Positions 35,185-47,494 of a stretch of 64,000 bases of DNA are shown piece after piece (position 1 is the stretch's first letter; each line of letters begins with the position of its first letter). Location of the stretch: the NCBI GenBank assembly GCA_020632795.1, contig JACKEV010000010.1, positions 159,127-223,126 on the forward strand. The letters are read 5' to 3'. The translations under genes were made by a program, and so were the position numbers. Below the pieces are notes generated by a model, which was not told the origin of the DNA, searched no databases, and saw only the letters and a list, made by a program, of their open reading frames with translations. This stretch comes from Alphaproteobacteria bacterium (GTDB taxonomy: Bacteria; Myxococcota_A; UBA796; CAJQPC01).

Positions 35185-37718
35185 CGGGTGGACTCCGGGC
35201 CGACCACGACCTCCACCCCGCCGCAGGCCGCCAGGCGGGCGGACAGGGCGCGGCGCACGTCGTCGGCGGTCACCGCGAGGGTGCGCGCGGCGGCCCGCTC
35301 CCGGGCGAACCGGGCGTCGCGGCCGTAGCGCTCCCACAGGGCCAGCTCCAGGGCGCGGCCCGCGCTGCGCTGCCGGTACATGGCCAGCGCCCCCAGGGTC
35401 ACCTGCTTGACCCGCTCCAGCTCCTCGGCGGTGGGGCCCTCGGCGGCCAGGCGCTCGACCTCCTCGCGCAGGCCCGCCACCCCCTGGGCCACCTGCTCGG
35501 GGTCCATCGACATGCGGACCTCGAAGGCGCCGCGATCCCAGCCGTCGTCGGACTCGGCGGAGACGTCGTAGGCCAGGCCGCGCCGATCCCGCAGCGCCAT
35601 GAACAGCCGGCCGCCCTGCCCCCCCAGCACCTGCGCGGCCTGGGCCAGCGCCTCAGCGTCGGGGTCGGAGAAGCGCGCGCCCGGCCAGGCGAGCACGATG
35701 TGGGCCTGCTCGCGGTCCGCAGCGAGCTGCGCCCGGAGCCGCTTGGGCGAGAACCGGGCCCGGGGCCGCCGCCGAAGCCGCGCCGGCCCGGGGGGCAGCC
35801 CGGCGAGGGCCCGCTCCAGGCGGTGCATCACCGCGTCGGGGTCCACCGCCCCGGCCACCGCCACCACGAGGTTGTCGGCGGTGATGAGCCCCCGGTGCAG
35901 GCGGCGCAGCGCCGGGACGTCCAGCCGCTGGAGGGAGTCGGCGGTGCCCCGGGCCGGCAGCCCGTAGGGGTGGGCGCCGTAGAGCAGGCGGGCGGCCTCG
36001 TGGTCGGCCACGGTGGAGGGCTGATCCCGCAGCAGCCGCTCGTCCTCCCGCAGCTCGGCGAGCACCCGCTCGGCCTCCCCCTGGTCGAAGCGGGGCGCGC
36101 AGAGCACGGCACCGACCAGATCCACCGCGTCGTCGATGCGCCCGGCGGGCAGGTCCAGCTCCACCCCCAGGGTGTTCCGCCCGGCCAGCCCGGAGAGGGT
36201 GGCCCCCCGGTCGTCGAGGTACTCGGCCAGCTCCCGCGCGGAGAGGTCCCAGGCCCCCGCCGTGCGGGACCACAGCTCGCAGAGGCCTGCGCTGCCCGCC
36301 CGCTCCACGAGCTGCCCGCCCAGGCCCACCGCGCGGATGGCGGCCACCTGGGTGTGCTCCAGAGGCTCGACCAGCAGGGTCAGACCGCTGTCCAGCACGC
36401 GACGATGCACCGCGGGTCGGGCTTTCGGAAGCGCGGGCCGCCGAGACAGCGACGCGGCCTGCCGCACGGCGGCCGGCTCGGCTTCGGCCTCGGGCAGCAG
36501 CGCGCCCAGGGTGCAGCGCTCGGGGCGCAGGTACTGCGCGGCCACCCGGCGCACGTCGGCGGCGGTGACCGCCTCCAGCGCCGCCCGGTAGCGCTGCGCG
36601 GCGGCAGGGTCTCCGAAGAACGCCTCGTACCAGGCGTTCTCGTGGGCCCGGCCGTCCACGGTCTCGGCGGTGAACAGGCGCAGGGAGAGGATCTGGGTGC
36701 GGGCGCGGTGGAGCTGGGCCAGGGGCACGCCGTGGGCGCGGGCCCGGTCGACCTGCGCGGCCAGGGCGCGGGCGGCCTGCAGGGTGCGGCCCCCCAGCGG
36801 GGTGCAGCCCAGCAGCACCAGACCGTCGTCGTGCTCGGTCTCGCAGACCCCCCAGGTACTGGTGACCAGGCCCTCGCCGAGCTGGAGCGCGGCCCCCAGC
36901 ACGCTGGCGCTGCCCTCCCCCAGCGCGGTGATGAGCAGGTCGAGGGCGGCGGCGTCGGGGTGGTCGTGGGGCACGCCGCGGAACGCCAGCTCCAGCATGG
37001 GCTCCTCGAACCGGCCGGGCACGATGATGCTGCGGGCGCGGGTCTGGGGGGGCTCGACCGGGCGCACCGGGGCGGGGCCCACCGGGGGCCGGGGCGGCAG
37101 GAGCCGCTCGCAGAGGGCGATGAGCGCGTCGGCGTCGACGTCGCCGGAGACCGAGACGATCAGGTTCTCGGGGTGGTAGACCCGCTCGTAGAAGGCGCGC
37201 AGGGCCTCGGGGGCCATGCCGCCCACCGAGCGGGTGGTGCCGATGACCGGGCGGCCGAAGGGGTGGCGCTGGAAGGCGCGGGCGGCGACCGCCTCGCCCA
37301 GGCAGCGGGCCGGGTCGTCGCGGCCGGAGCGGATCTCGTCGAGGATGACCTGGCGCTCCAGCTCGATCTCCTGGGGATCGAAGCGGCTGTGGAGGGCCAT
37401 GTCCACCAGCACGTCCAGGGCGCCCTGCCAGCTCGGGGTGGGCACCGTGGCGTGGAAGACGGTCTGGTCGTAGGTGGTGTAGGCGTTGATGTCGCCGCCG
37501 ACGGCCTCGATCGCGGTGGCGATCTCGCCCACCCCATGGCGCTCGGTGCCCTTGAAGAGCATGTGCTCCACGAAGTGGGCGGCGCCGTGCTGGCCCTCCA
37601 GCTCGTCACAGGAGCCGGAGCGGACCCAGAGGTAGACCGCGGTGACCGCCGAGCCAGGGACCGGATCGAGCACCAGCCGTGCGCCGGAGCCGAGGGTGCA
37701 GCGCAAGAACCTCTCCAC
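35181..37718 (-). CDS. M16-family (insulinase/pitrilysin-like) zinc peptidase, tandem two-unit architecture (846 aa)
   Basis: HFVEHMLFKGT inverted zincin motif (HxxEH) in the N-terminal unit, followed by a second M16 unit. Start set at GTG 37718; the longer ORF to 38165 is Gly/Arg-rich and overlaps hemW. Confidence 0.7.
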   Translation of the reverse strand: MERFLRCTLGSGARLVLDPVPGSAVTAVYLWVRSGSCDELEGQHGAAHFVEHMLFKGTERHGVGEIATAIEAVGGDINAYTTYDQTVFHATVPTPSWQGALDVLVDMALHSRFDPQEIELERQVILDEIRSGRDDPARCLGEAVAARAFQRHPFGRPVIGTTRSVGGMAPEALRAFYERVYHPENLIVSVSGDVDADALIALCERLLPPRPPVGPAPVRPVEPPQTRARSIIVPGRFEEPMLELAFRGVPHDHPDAAALDLLITALGEGSASVLGAALQLGEGLVTSTWGVCETEHDDGLVLLGCTPLGGRTLQAARALAAQVDRARAHGVPLAQLHRARTQILSLRLFTAETVDGRAHENAWYEAFFGDPAAAQRYRAALEAVTAADVRRVAAQYLRPERCTLGALLPEAEAEPAAVRQAASLSRRPALPKARPAVHRRVLDSGLTLLVEPLEHTQVAAIRAVGLGGQLVERAGSAGLCELWSRTAGAWDLSARELAEYLDDRGATLSGLAGRNTLGVELDLPAGRIDDAVDLVGAVLCAPRFDQGEAERVLAELREDERLLRDQPSTVADHEAARLLYGAHPYGLPARGTADSLQRLDVPALRRLHRGLITADNLVVAVAGAVDPDAVMHRLERALAGLPPGPARLRRRPRARFSPKRLRAQLAADREQAHIVLAWPGARFSDPDAEALAQAAQVLGGQGGRLFMALRDRRGLAYDVSAESDDGWDRGAFEVRMSMDPEQVAQGVAGLREEVERLAAEGPTAEELERVKQVTLGALAMYRQRSAGRALELALWERYGRDARFARERAAARTLAVTADDVRRALSARLAACGGVEVVVGPESTR

Positions 37719-37778
37719 GTCTTGGGGTGCCCGAGGGGATGGACGGCCGCCTCCAGGCAGGTCCGATATAACCGGTCG

Positions 37779-38918
37779 ATGAGTCCGTTCGGGGTCTATG
37801 TCCACCTGCCGTGGTGCCGCAGCCGCTGCCCCTACTGCTCGTTCAACGTGCGGGTGGACCCCGAGGCCCCCCAGGCGGCCTACGCGGACGCGGTGCTGGA
37901 CCAGTGGGCGGGCCTGCGGGGCAGCTTCCCGGACCGACCGGACACCCTGTTCTTCGGCGGGGGCACCCCCAGCCTGACCCCCCCGCCCCTGCTCGCCCGG
38001 CTGGTGGCGGCGATCGCCCCCGTCGGCGAGGTCACCCTGGAGGCCAACCCCGAGGATCTCTCCCCCGAGAACCTCGACGCCTGGCGGGCCGCCGGGATCA
38101 CCCGGCTCTCGGTGGGGGCGCAGACCTTCTCGCCCGCCCACGCCCGGCTGCTCAAGCGGGCCCACAGCGTGCGGGCGCTGCCCGAGGCCCTCTCGCGGGT
38201 GATCCGGGCGGGCTTCGAGAGCTGGTCAGCGGATCTCATCTTCGCCGTCCCCGGGCAGAGCCTGGACGACCTCCGAGCCGACCTCGACGCCCTGCTGTCG
38301 ACCGACGCGCCCCACGCCTCCCTCTACGGGCTCACGACGCACCCCGGCACCGCTTACACTCAGGCTGTCAGATCGGGGCGTCTTCAGGAGGCTCCACCGG
38401 AGCTGTGGCGGGACATGTACGACCTCGCCACGGCCACTCTGGAGGCCGCCGGGCTGGCCCGGTACGAGGTCTCCAACTTCGCCAGATCCGGCCATCGAAG
38501 CCGCCACAACGAGCACTACTGGCGGGCCCGCCCCTACGCCGGGCTGGGCGCGGGGGCCCACGGCTGGCTGCCTGACGGCCGCCGCACCGTCGGGCACGCC
38601 GACCCCGCCGCGTTCATCGAAAGTCCCCGAAGCTGGGCTTCCATCGAGCTTCCCGCCCCGCGCGAGGCCGCGATCGACCTGCTGCTGGGCGCGCTGCGGC
38701 ACGTCGACGGGGTGCCGCTGGGCCGCCTGCGGGCCCTCGGCTTCGACCTCGCACCCGGCCCGGTCAACGCCCTGATCCGGGGCGGAGCGCTCGCTCGGGT
38801 GGACGACCACCTCCGCCTGCAGGGGCCCGGCTGGCCGGTGTCGGACGCCGCTCTGCTCCGCTTGGTCGACGCTCTGGCGCCGGTCAGCGGAGGGCCCCCC
38901 CACCCCGAGACCGCTTGA
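37779..38918 (+). CDS. hemW: radical SAM family haem chaperone HemW (HemN-like, oxygen-independent coproporphyrinogen oxidase-like)
   Basis: CRSRCPYCSF (CxxxCxxC) radical-SAM cluster motif, a GGGTPS glycine-rich SAM motif, and a C-terminal HemN_C-like region. Confidence 0.8.
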   Translation: MSPFGVYVHLPWCRSRCPYCSFNVRVDPEAPQAAYADAVLDQWAGLRGSFPDRPDTLFFGGGTPSLTPPPLLARLVAAIAPVGEVTLEANPEDLSPENLDAWRAAGITRLSVGAQTFSPAHARLLKRAHSVRALPEALSRVIRAGFESWSADLIFAVPGQSLDDLRADLDALLSTDAPHASLYGLTTHPGTAYTQAVRSGRLQEAPPELWRDMYDLATATLEAAGLARYEVSNFARSGHRSRHNEHYWRARPYAGLGAGAHGWLPDGRRTVGHADPAAFIESPRSWASIELPAPREAAIDLLLGALRHVDGVPLGRLRALGFDLAPGPVNALIRGGALARVDDHLRLQGPGWPVSDAALLRLVDALAPVSGGPPHPETA

Positions 38919-39011
38919 CCCTCCCCCGACACCTTGACAGAATGCCTCCGTGATCTTCTGCCGCCGGGTCTGATCGGCCCCCCGCGCCCCCCTCCCTACG
39001 GACCGTGACGC

Positions 39012-39998
39012 ATGAGCGACGATGTCACGAGAGACCTTCGGGTCGAGGTCGACGAGGACCTGATCGCTGCGGCCCTGGCGTCCGTCGAGAAGCACCTCGT
39101 GACGGAGGTCGAGGACGACGAACCGGCCTCGATCGAGGATTTTGACGAGATCGACGTCGACCCCGAGGGCACCCTCGACCCCGACGTTGACCTGGGGGAC
39201 GACGGGCCCGCGCTGGTCTTCGACCCCGGCCCCTGGGGCGAGCCGCCGCCCTCGCTGCTGGACGAGGCCAACGCGAAGCTGGACGCCGCCGAAGCTGAGC
39301 TGGAGGCGTCCCGCGCGGTCCTGGCCGAGGCCACCGCCCGGGTCGCGGCCGCCGAGGAGGAGTCCGAGCGCCAGAAGGAGCGCTTCCTCCGGCTCAACGC
39401 CCGGAGCAAGCGCCTCAAGGAGGCCTACGATCGCCTGAAGCTGCGCAGCGAGGACGATCGCGCCAAGCTCGCCCAGTGGGAGCAGCTCATCAACGAGATG
39501 CGCACCGCGGCCCGCAGCAGCGAGCGGGACCGGGACCGCTCCCGCGCCCGCCACGCCCGGGAGATCGACGAGGCGCGCCGCTTCGGCACCGAGGGTGTGT
39601 TCAAGGAGCTGCTGCCGGTCCTCGACCACCTCGACCTGGCCATGTCCCACGCCGAGGGCGATCCGGCCCGCACGGTCGACGGCATCCGCATGATCGTCTC
39701 CCAGCTCGAGCGCACCCTGAACCGCCTGGGCCTGGCCCGGGTGCCCGGCGGCGTGGGCGATCCCTTCGACCCCCAGCTCCACGAGGCCATCACCTGGCTG
39801 CCGTCCACCGACGTGGCGCCCGGCCACATCGTCGAGGTCCACCAGGAGGGCTACCAGCTCCACGGCCGCCTGGTCCGAGCGGCGCGGGTCTCCGTCGCGC
39901 GCCCCGCCGGTGATCTCGATGACGAGCCGGACACCGACGAGTTGGACTCCGAAGCGGCGGAGACCACACGGACTTCGGTGGACGAGGTCGAGGAGTAG
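39012..39998 (+). CDS. grpE: nucleotide exchange factor GrpE with an unusually long acidic/coiled-coil N-terminus (328 aa)
   Basis: C-terminal GrpE core FDPQLHEAI...VHQEGYQLHGRLVRAARV. Position directly upstream of dnaK. Confidence 0.75.
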   Translation: MSDDVTRDLRVEVDEDLIAAALASVEKHLVTEVEDDEPASIEDFDEIDVDPEGTLDPDVDLGDDGPALVFDPGPWGEPPPSLLDEANAKLDAAEAELEASRAVLAEATARVAAAEEESERQKERFLRLNARSKRLKEAYDRLKLRSEDDRAKLAQWEQLINEMRTAARSSERDRDRSRARHAREIDEARRFGTEGVFKELLPVLDHLDLAMSHAEGDPARTVDGIRMIVSQLERTLNRLGLARVPGGVGDPFDPQLHEAITWLPSTDVAPGHIVEVHQEGYQLHGRLVRAARVSVARPAGDLDDEPDTDELDSEAAETTRTSVDEVEE

Positions 39999-40078
39999 CG
40001 CCCCCCCCGAGGCCCTCGGAGGTGCTAAGGTCACCCGGCGAGGGGCTCGACGCCCCGTGGTGAACAAGAGGGTGAAGC

Positions 40079-41977
<1,899 letters not shown>

Positions 41978-42044
41978 GCCCGTGACCCTGGCCTCGGCGC
42001 CCTTCCCGGAATAACGGTAGCCGACGCAGCAGCGGAGGATCCGG

Positions 42045-43142
42045 GTGGCCCGCCGGGACTACTACAACATCCTCGGCGTCAAGCGGAGCGCGACGCCCGA
42101 GGAGATCAAGAAGGCCTTCCGCGGCCTGGCGCTGCGCTATCACCCCGACCGCAACCCCGACGATCTGGACGCCGAGCGCCGGTTCCGGGAGATCGTCGAG
42201 GCGTACGAGTGCCTCTCGGACCCCGAGAAGCGCGCGATGTACGACCGGATGGGGCCCTTCTACAAGCCCGACGGCCGCCCGCTCACCCCGGACGAGCTGG
42301 GCGAGCTGGTCACCGACGCCCTGGGCAGCCTGTTCGGCAAGAAGCCCGACGACCGCCCCGGCGAGGATCTGCGCTACACCCTCACGGTCACCCTGGAAGA
42401 AGTCGGCGAGGGCGTTGAGCGCACCATCGTGGTGCCCCGGCAGGTGCGCTGCGGGCGCTGCAAGGCCACCGGGGCCCACCCCGACGGCGGCCGTCAGCCC
42501 TGCGACGCCTGCGAGGGCAGCGGCAAGTCCCCTACCCGGCGCATCTTCCGCACCTCCTGCGCGCGCTGCGACGGCCGCGGCTACATCCTGGTCAAGGCCT
42601 GCGACCGCTGCGGCGGCGAGGGCCGCCACGGCTCCGAGGAGCACCTCAAGGTCCGGGTGCCGCCGGGGGTCGCCACCGGCCAGAAGCTGAAGCTCCGTCA
42701 CAAGGGCAACGACGGCCACGGCGCGGGCGTGCCGGGTGATCTCCTCGTGCTCATCGAGGTCGCCGAGCACGGCCTCTTCCGCCGGCGCGGCGCCGACCTG
42801 CTCTGCGAGGTGCCGGTCAGCTTCCCCGAGGCCGCCCTGGGCGCCCGGGTGCGGGTGCCCACCCTCACCGGCCCGACCACCATCCTGGTGCCCCCCGGCA
42901 CCCCCTCCGGCAAGATCCTCCGGCTCACCGGCCGGGGCCTGCCCCGCCTCGACCGCAAGGGCCGCGGCGATCTGCACCTCCGCGTCCTCGTCGAGATCCC
43001 CAGCCGCCTCAGCGCCCAGCAGCGCGCGGCGGTCGAGTCCCTCAGCGACCTCACCGACGAACGCTCCCACCCCCTCCGCGCCGCGTACCTCGAGGCCATC
43101 GGCGGCACCGCCGCCGATGAGTCCTTCGAAATCCCCACCTGA
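42045..43142 (+). CDS. dnaJ: molecular chaperone DnaJ (J domain plus four CxxCxGxG zinc-finger repeats)
   Basis: DYYNILGV...YHPDRN J-domain HPD motif. Repeats [24 protein letters not shown] and CDRCGGEG. Confidence 0.85.
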   Translation: MARRDYYNILGVKRSATPEEIKKAFRGLALRYHPDRNPDDLDAERRFREIVEAYECLSDPEKRAMYDRMGPFYKPDGRPLTPDELGELVTDALGSLFGKKPDDRPGEDLRYTLTVTLEEVGEGVERTIVVPRQVRCGRCKATGAHPDGGRQPCDACEGSGKSPTRRIFRTSCARCDGRGYILVKACDRCGGEGRHGSEEHLKVRVPPGVATGQKLKLRHKGNDGHGAGVPGDLLVLIEVAEHGLFRRRGADLLCEVPVSFPEAALGARVRVPTLTGPTTILVPPGTPSGKILRLTGRGLPRLDRKGRGDLHLRVLVEIPSRLSAQQRAAVESLSDLTDERSHPLRAAYLEAIGGTAADESFEIPT

Positions 43143-43161
43143 CCTCCGCCCCCGACCCGCC

Positions 43162-45162
43162 ATGCGCTCACAGACCTCCCCCATCGGCTCCTGGCTCCGC
43201 CGGGCGCTCCCTGCGCTCGCCCTGGGCCTCACCCTGCTCGCCCCCGGCGCCGACGCCGGCATCCTGGGGGGCCGCAACCCGCCCCCGGACGAGCCCTCCA
43301 TCGTGGTCCAGGCCCGCGCGGTCGCCCAGACCGACCGCCTCGAGGCCATCGGCATCCTGGAGGACTACATCGCGGAGGGCGGCGACCCCGAGCTGCTGCC
43401 CTGGGTCACCCTCAACGCGGGGGAGCAGCGCCGCCTGGCCGCCGACCCCGCCGCCGCCACCGCCCACTTCCGGAAGGTGAACGAGGCCTGGCACGATCAC
43501 CCCGTGCAGCCGGCGGCCAGCCTGGGGCTCGCCCTGCTGGCCTGGGACTCGGGCAAGGGCTCGGGCAACACCCTGGCCACCCTGCGCATGGTCGACGAGG
43601 CGGTGGTGCCCCCCACCATGAACGCCGACCGCTACCGCATCCTGGCCCTGGAGGCCGAGCGCAGCGGCGAGGGCGAGGTCGAGCTGCGCAAGCTGGTGGG
43701 CAAGGCGCTCTCCTACGCCGAGGGCGACGTGGGGGTCAAGGCCCGCGCCCACCGCGACCTCGGCCACCTCATGACCGAGGAGCAGGCCGCCCAGGCCCCC
43801 GACGTCGCCGCCCTGGCCGGCGACGAGCAGGCCCTCGCCCGCGCCCGCAGCGCCCTGGCCGCCGATGACTACAAGCGCGCGATCGAGACCGCCCAGGCCA
43901 TGCTCGAGGCCTTCCCCGACACCGACTACGCCGACGAGGCCGACTGGGTCATCCGCCGCGCCCAGGCCGGCGACCCCTACAACGCCCGCAAGATCGGCGT
44001 GCTGCTCCCCCTGAGCGGCACCTACGCCCCCCCGGGCAAGCAGCTCAAGGACGCCATCCAGCTCGCCGTGGAGCACGGCGGCGGTGGCGTCCAGCTCGTC
44101 TTCAGGGACACCGCCGGAGACACCGAGACCGCGCTCAAGGGCTTCGACGAGCTGGTGCTCCAGGAGGGCTGCGCCGCGATCATCGGGCCCCTGCTCAAGG
44201 ACGCCGCCTTCCCGGTGGCCGAGCAGGCCCAGGCCGCCAACGTGCCGATGGTCACCCTCACCCAGGCCCCCGGGGTCACCGAGGCCCGGCCCTTCGTCTT
44301 CCGCAGCTACCTCACCTACGAGCAGCAGGTGGACTCGCTGCTGGACCACGTCATGGACGACATGGGGCTGGAGCGCTTCGCCGTCTTCGCCCCGGACTCC
44401 AGCTACGGGCGCAACACCCGCGACGAGTTCACCCGCCAGGTCCTGGAGCGCGGCGGCCAGGTCGTGCACACCGTCATGTACGACCCCGGCGAGACCGACC
44501 TCCGCAAGAAGGCCGCCGAGCTGGGCCAGAAGGACTACAAGGCCCGGTCCGGCGAGCTGTACCGCCTCAAGCGGGAGGCCGAGGAGAAGGGCATGAACCC
44601 CGACAAGGTGGTGCTGCCCCCGGTCGCCGACTTCCAGGCCATCTTCATCCCCGACAACTACCAGCAGGTCGCCCTGGTCGCCTCCGCCCTGGCCTACGAG
44701 GAGTTCGCCGTCGGCGGCTTCAAGCCCCGCCGCAACGACGTGGCGGTGCCCCTGCTGGGCCTGAACGGCTGGAACAACCCCGAGCTGGTCACCCGCGGCG
44801 GCCTGCCGGTCCAGAAGTCCTACTTCGTCGACGCCTTCTACGTGGACGACCCCACGCCCACCGTCGGGGACTTCGTGGGCTCCTACCAGACCCGGTTCAG
44901 CCGCCCGCCCGGCGTGATCGACGCGGTGGGCTACGACACCGGGCGCCTGCTCTCGGTGGCCGCGCGAACCTCCCCGGCCGATCGGGAGGCCTTCCGGGAG
45001 GCGCTGGCGGGCGCGGCGCTGTCCGGCTCGGTCTCCCGGGCGGGGAGCTTCACCGACTCCCGGGAGCTGAGTCGTCAGCTCTACGTGTTCTCCGTGGACA
45101 GCGACGGCATCTATCGGGTAAAACCCCCGCTCGAACCGCCTCCTGGCGAACCGCCTCCGTAG
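43162..45162 (+). CDS. secreted TPR plus periplasmic-binding-fold (type I PBP, LivK/LpoA-like) protein; possible penicillin-binding-protein activator
   Basis: Signal peptide MRSQTSPIGSWLRRALPALALGLTLLAPGADA. N-terminal TPR-like helices. C-terminal KIGVLLPLSG...AIIGPL is typical of ligand-binding receptor family I. Confidence 0.5.
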   Translation: MRSQTSPIGSWLRRALPALALGLTLLAPGADAGILGGRNPPPDEPSIVVQARAVAQTDRLEAIGILEDYIAEGGDPELLPWVTLNAGEQRRLAADPAAATAHFRKVNEAWHDHPVQPAASLGLALLAWDSGKGSGNTLATLRMVDEAVVPPTMNADRYRILALEAERSGEGEVELRKLVGKALSYAEGDVGVKARAHRDLGHLMTEEQAAQAPDVAALAGDEQALARARSALAADDYKRAIETAQAMLEAFPDTDYADEADWVIRRAQAGDPYNARKIGVLLPLSGTYAPPGKQLKDAIQLAVEHGGGGVQLVFRDTAGDTETALKGFDELVLQEGCAAIIGPLLKDAAFPVAEQAQAANVPMVTLTQAPGVTEARPFVFRSYLTYEQQVDSLLDHVMDDMGLERFAVFAPDSSYGRNTRDEFTRQVLERGGQVVHTVMYDPGETDLRKKAAELGQKDYKARSGELYRLKREAEEKGMNPDKVVLPPVADFQAIFIPDNYQQVALVASALAYEEFAVGGFKPRRNDVAVPLLGLNGWNNPELVTRGGLPVQKSYFVDAFYVDDPTPTVGDFVGSYQTRFSRPPGVIDAVGYDTGRLLSVAARTSPADREAFREALAGAALSGSVSRAGSFTDSRELSRQLYVFSVDSDGIYRVKPPLEPPPGEPPP

Positions 45163-45224
45163 CGAGCGCTGGACCTCCACCCGATCCTCGGATTAGATTG
45201 GGGGTCACCCTTCACTCCGGTGAG

Positions 45225-46169
45225 ATGACAGACGAGCCCGACGAAGCCTGCGGCGAAGCGTACGTGATTCGCGCGTTGACATCCCCTGCGGATGACGCTC
45301 GCGTCCACGTCGGTCCCGGAGACGACGCGGCGGTGCTCGCGGACGGCACGGTCCTGACCGCTGACGCGCTGGTGGAGGGTGTGCACTGGGATCATCGGCA
45401 CAGCGCCGAGGACGTGGGCGCGCGCCTGGTCGCGGTCAACGCCTCCGACGTCGCCGCGATGGGCGCCCGGCCGTCCTGGGCGCTGCTCACCCTCTCCCTG
45501 CCCGTCCCTCTGGATCGCGCCTGGGTCGACGGCTTCGCCCGCGGCCTGCAGGGGGCCCTGCGCGCCCTCGGCATCCCGCTGCTGGGCGGCGACACCACCC
45601 GCTCCCCCCTCGGCGTCCACGCCAGCCTGACGATGGCCGGGTGGCTCGTGGCCGCGCCGCTGCTGCGCGCCGGGGCCGGGCCGGACGAGGACATCTGGGT
45701 CAGCGGCACCCTGGGCGACGCGGGCGGGGGCTTCTCCCTGCCCGATCCCCCCGCGCCGCTGCTCGACGCGCTGCGCCGCCCCGCTCCCCCGCTGGACCTG
45801 GGGCCGGCCCTGGCCGAGGCCGGGCTGGCCACCGCCGCGATGGATCTGTCCGACGGGCTGGCCACCGATCTGCCCCGGCTGTGTCGGGCTTCTGGCGTCG
45901 GCGCCGTCGTCGACCCCGACGCCCTGCCGATCTCCGCCGCGCTGTCCTCCGCGATCCCCGATCCCATCGACCTCGCGGCGGGCTTCGGTGACGACTACAC
46001 GCTGCTGTTCACCGCGCCCCCGGCGCACGCCGCGCGCGTCCGCGACCTCGGCCAGCGCCTCGGGGTCCGCCTGAGCCGGGTCGGTCGCACCACGCGGACC
46101 CCGGCGGTGATCCTCCAGGGCCGTCCCTGGCCTGCGGGCTGGCAGCACTTCGAGGGGGCGGGCGCATGA
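45225..46169 (+). CDS. thiL: thiamine-monophosphate kinase ThiL (AIR-synthase-related fold)
   Basis: VHVGPGDDAAVL...ADALVEGVHW N-terminal motif of ThiL/PurM-like proteins. An alternative TTG start lies at 45198. Confidence 0.7.
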   Translation: MTDEPDEACGEAYVIRALTSPADDARVHVGPGDDAAVLADGTVLTADALVEGVHWDHRHSAEDVGARLVAVNASDVAAMGARPSWALLTLSLPVPLDRAWVDGFARGLQGALRALGIPLLGGDTTRSPLGVHASLTMAGWLVAAPLLRAGAGPDEDIWVSGTLGDAGGGFSLPDPPAPLLDALRRPAPPLDLGPALAEAGLATAAMDLSDGLATDLPRLCRASGVGAVVDPDALPISAALSSAIPDPIDLAAGFGDDYTLLFTAPPAHAARVRDLGQRLGVRLSRVGRTTRTPAVILQGRPWPAGWQHFEGAGA

Positions 46170-47494
46170 GCGACCCTCCGTTGGGATTCGCGCCGGGCAT
46201 CGGCGGCGCGGTCGAGCTGGACCCCAGCGCCGTCGGGCCCACCCTCATCCTGGTGGGCGTCCTGCTGGCGTTCTCGGCGCTGTTCTCGGGCAGCGAGACG
46301 GCCATCTCGGCGCTCCAGCCCATGGACCGCGAGAAGCTCCGCGCCGAGGGCCGGCGTGGGGAGCGGGTCGCCGCGCTGGAGGCCGACATCCGCCCCACCC
46401 TGGCCGCCGTGCTCATGGGCAACGAGCTGGTCAACATCTCGCTGTCCTCGGTGTGCGCGGGGCTCATCCTGACCCTGGCGCCGGGGCGCCCCTGGCTGAA
46501 CCTCCTCGTGGCCACGCCGCTGCTCATCCTGCTGGGGGAGGTCACCCCCAAGAGCATCGCCCTGGCCGCCCCGCGCCGCTGGGCCCTGGCGGTGGCCGCG
46601 CCGCTGAGCGCCTGGAAGTGGCTGATCTCCCCCTTCCGCAAGACCCTCACCTGGCTGGTGGACCTCATCCTCCACGCCCTGGGGGCCGACGCCCACAGCC
46701 CCAACCGGGTCCTGCAGGAGGACCAGGTCCGCAAGCTCATCCAGGAGGGGCGCGAGGCTGGCAGCATCAACGTCCTGGAGCACGAGCTGATCGACCGGCT
46801 GTTCAACTTCTCGGACACCCGGGTCAGCCGCCTGATGACCCCGCGCCCCGACGTCATCTCCTTCCCCTTGAGCACCCCCTACGATCAGCTCGTGGAGCAG
46901 CTCCGCACCCACCAGGTCAGCCGCGTGCCCATCTACCAGGGCCGCATGGACAACGTGGTGGGCGTGCTGCTCACCAAGGATCTGCTGCGCTTCAAGGGCC
47001 GCGCGCCGCCGACCCCGCGCGAGCTGGCAGGGCTCCTCCAGGACCCCTACTACGTGCCCTCGTCCAAGCGCGCCGACGACCTGCTGCGCGAGTTCCAGCG
47101 CCGCCGCACCCACATGGCGCTCGTGGTCGACGAGCACGGCGGCCTGGTGGGCCTGTGCACCCTCGACGACCTCCTGGGCGAGCTGGTCGGCGAGATGCTC
47201 GACGAGCACGACGAGGCCTCCGACGAGATCTCCCGGGTCGGCCCCAACGCCTGGACCGTCGCGGGCAGCACCGACGTCGAGGACTTCGAGACCGAGACCG
47301 GGGTGGAGCTGCCCGAGGGCGACTACCACACCGTCGGCGGCTTCATGTTCGCCGAGCTGGGCCACATCCCCGAGCCGGGCGAGGCCGTGGTCGTCGGCGA
47401 CCTGCGCCTGACCGTCGCGGGGGTGGAGGAGCGCCGCATCACCGAGGTCACCCTGGAGCTGATCGACGGCGGGCCCAACCAGGAGGCCTCGTGA
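46166..47494 (+). CDS. CNNM/CorC-family (hemolysin-like) membrane protein: DUF21 TM domain, CBS pair and CorC_HlyC domain
   Basis: GSETAISAL (DUF21), CBS pair, C-terminal transporter-associated domain. ATG overlaps the thiL stop (ATGA). Confidence 0.8.
   Translation: MSDPPLGFAPGIGGAVELDPSAVGPTLILVGVLLAFSALFSGSETAISALQPMDREKLRAEGRRGERVAALEADIRPTLAAVLMGNELVNISLSSVCAGLILTLAPGRPWLNLLVATPLLILLGEVTPKSIALAAPRRWALAVAAPLSAWKWLISPFRKTLTWLVDLILHALGADAHSPNRVLQEDQVRKLIQEGREAGSINVLEHELIDRLFNFSDTRVSRLMTPRPDVISFPLSTPYDQLVEQLRTHQVSRVPIYQGRMDNVVGVLLTKDLLRFKGRAPPTPRELAGLLQDPYYVPSSKRADDLLREFQRRRTHMALVVDEHGGLVGLCTLDDLLGELVGEMLDEHDEASDEISRVGPNAWTVAGSTDVEDFETETGVELPEGDYHTVGGFMFAELGHIPEPGEAVVVGDLRLTVAGVEERRITEVTLELIDGGPNQEAS

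Noticed and set aside
38919-39011. CIRCE (HrcA) element or sigma32 promoter upstream of grpE
   Set aside because: No TTAGCACTC-N9-GAGTGCTAA inverted repeat is present. CCTTGACA...CCGTGATCT is only a weak match to the sigma32 consensus, too weak to call.
43168-45180. 670-aa minus-strand ORF opposite the LpoA-like gene, and 42736..45162 as an 808-aa gene
   Set aside because: The minus ORF is antisense junk. The 808-aa plus ORF merges the dnaJ 3' region with the downstream gene, whose signal peptide starts at ATG 43162.
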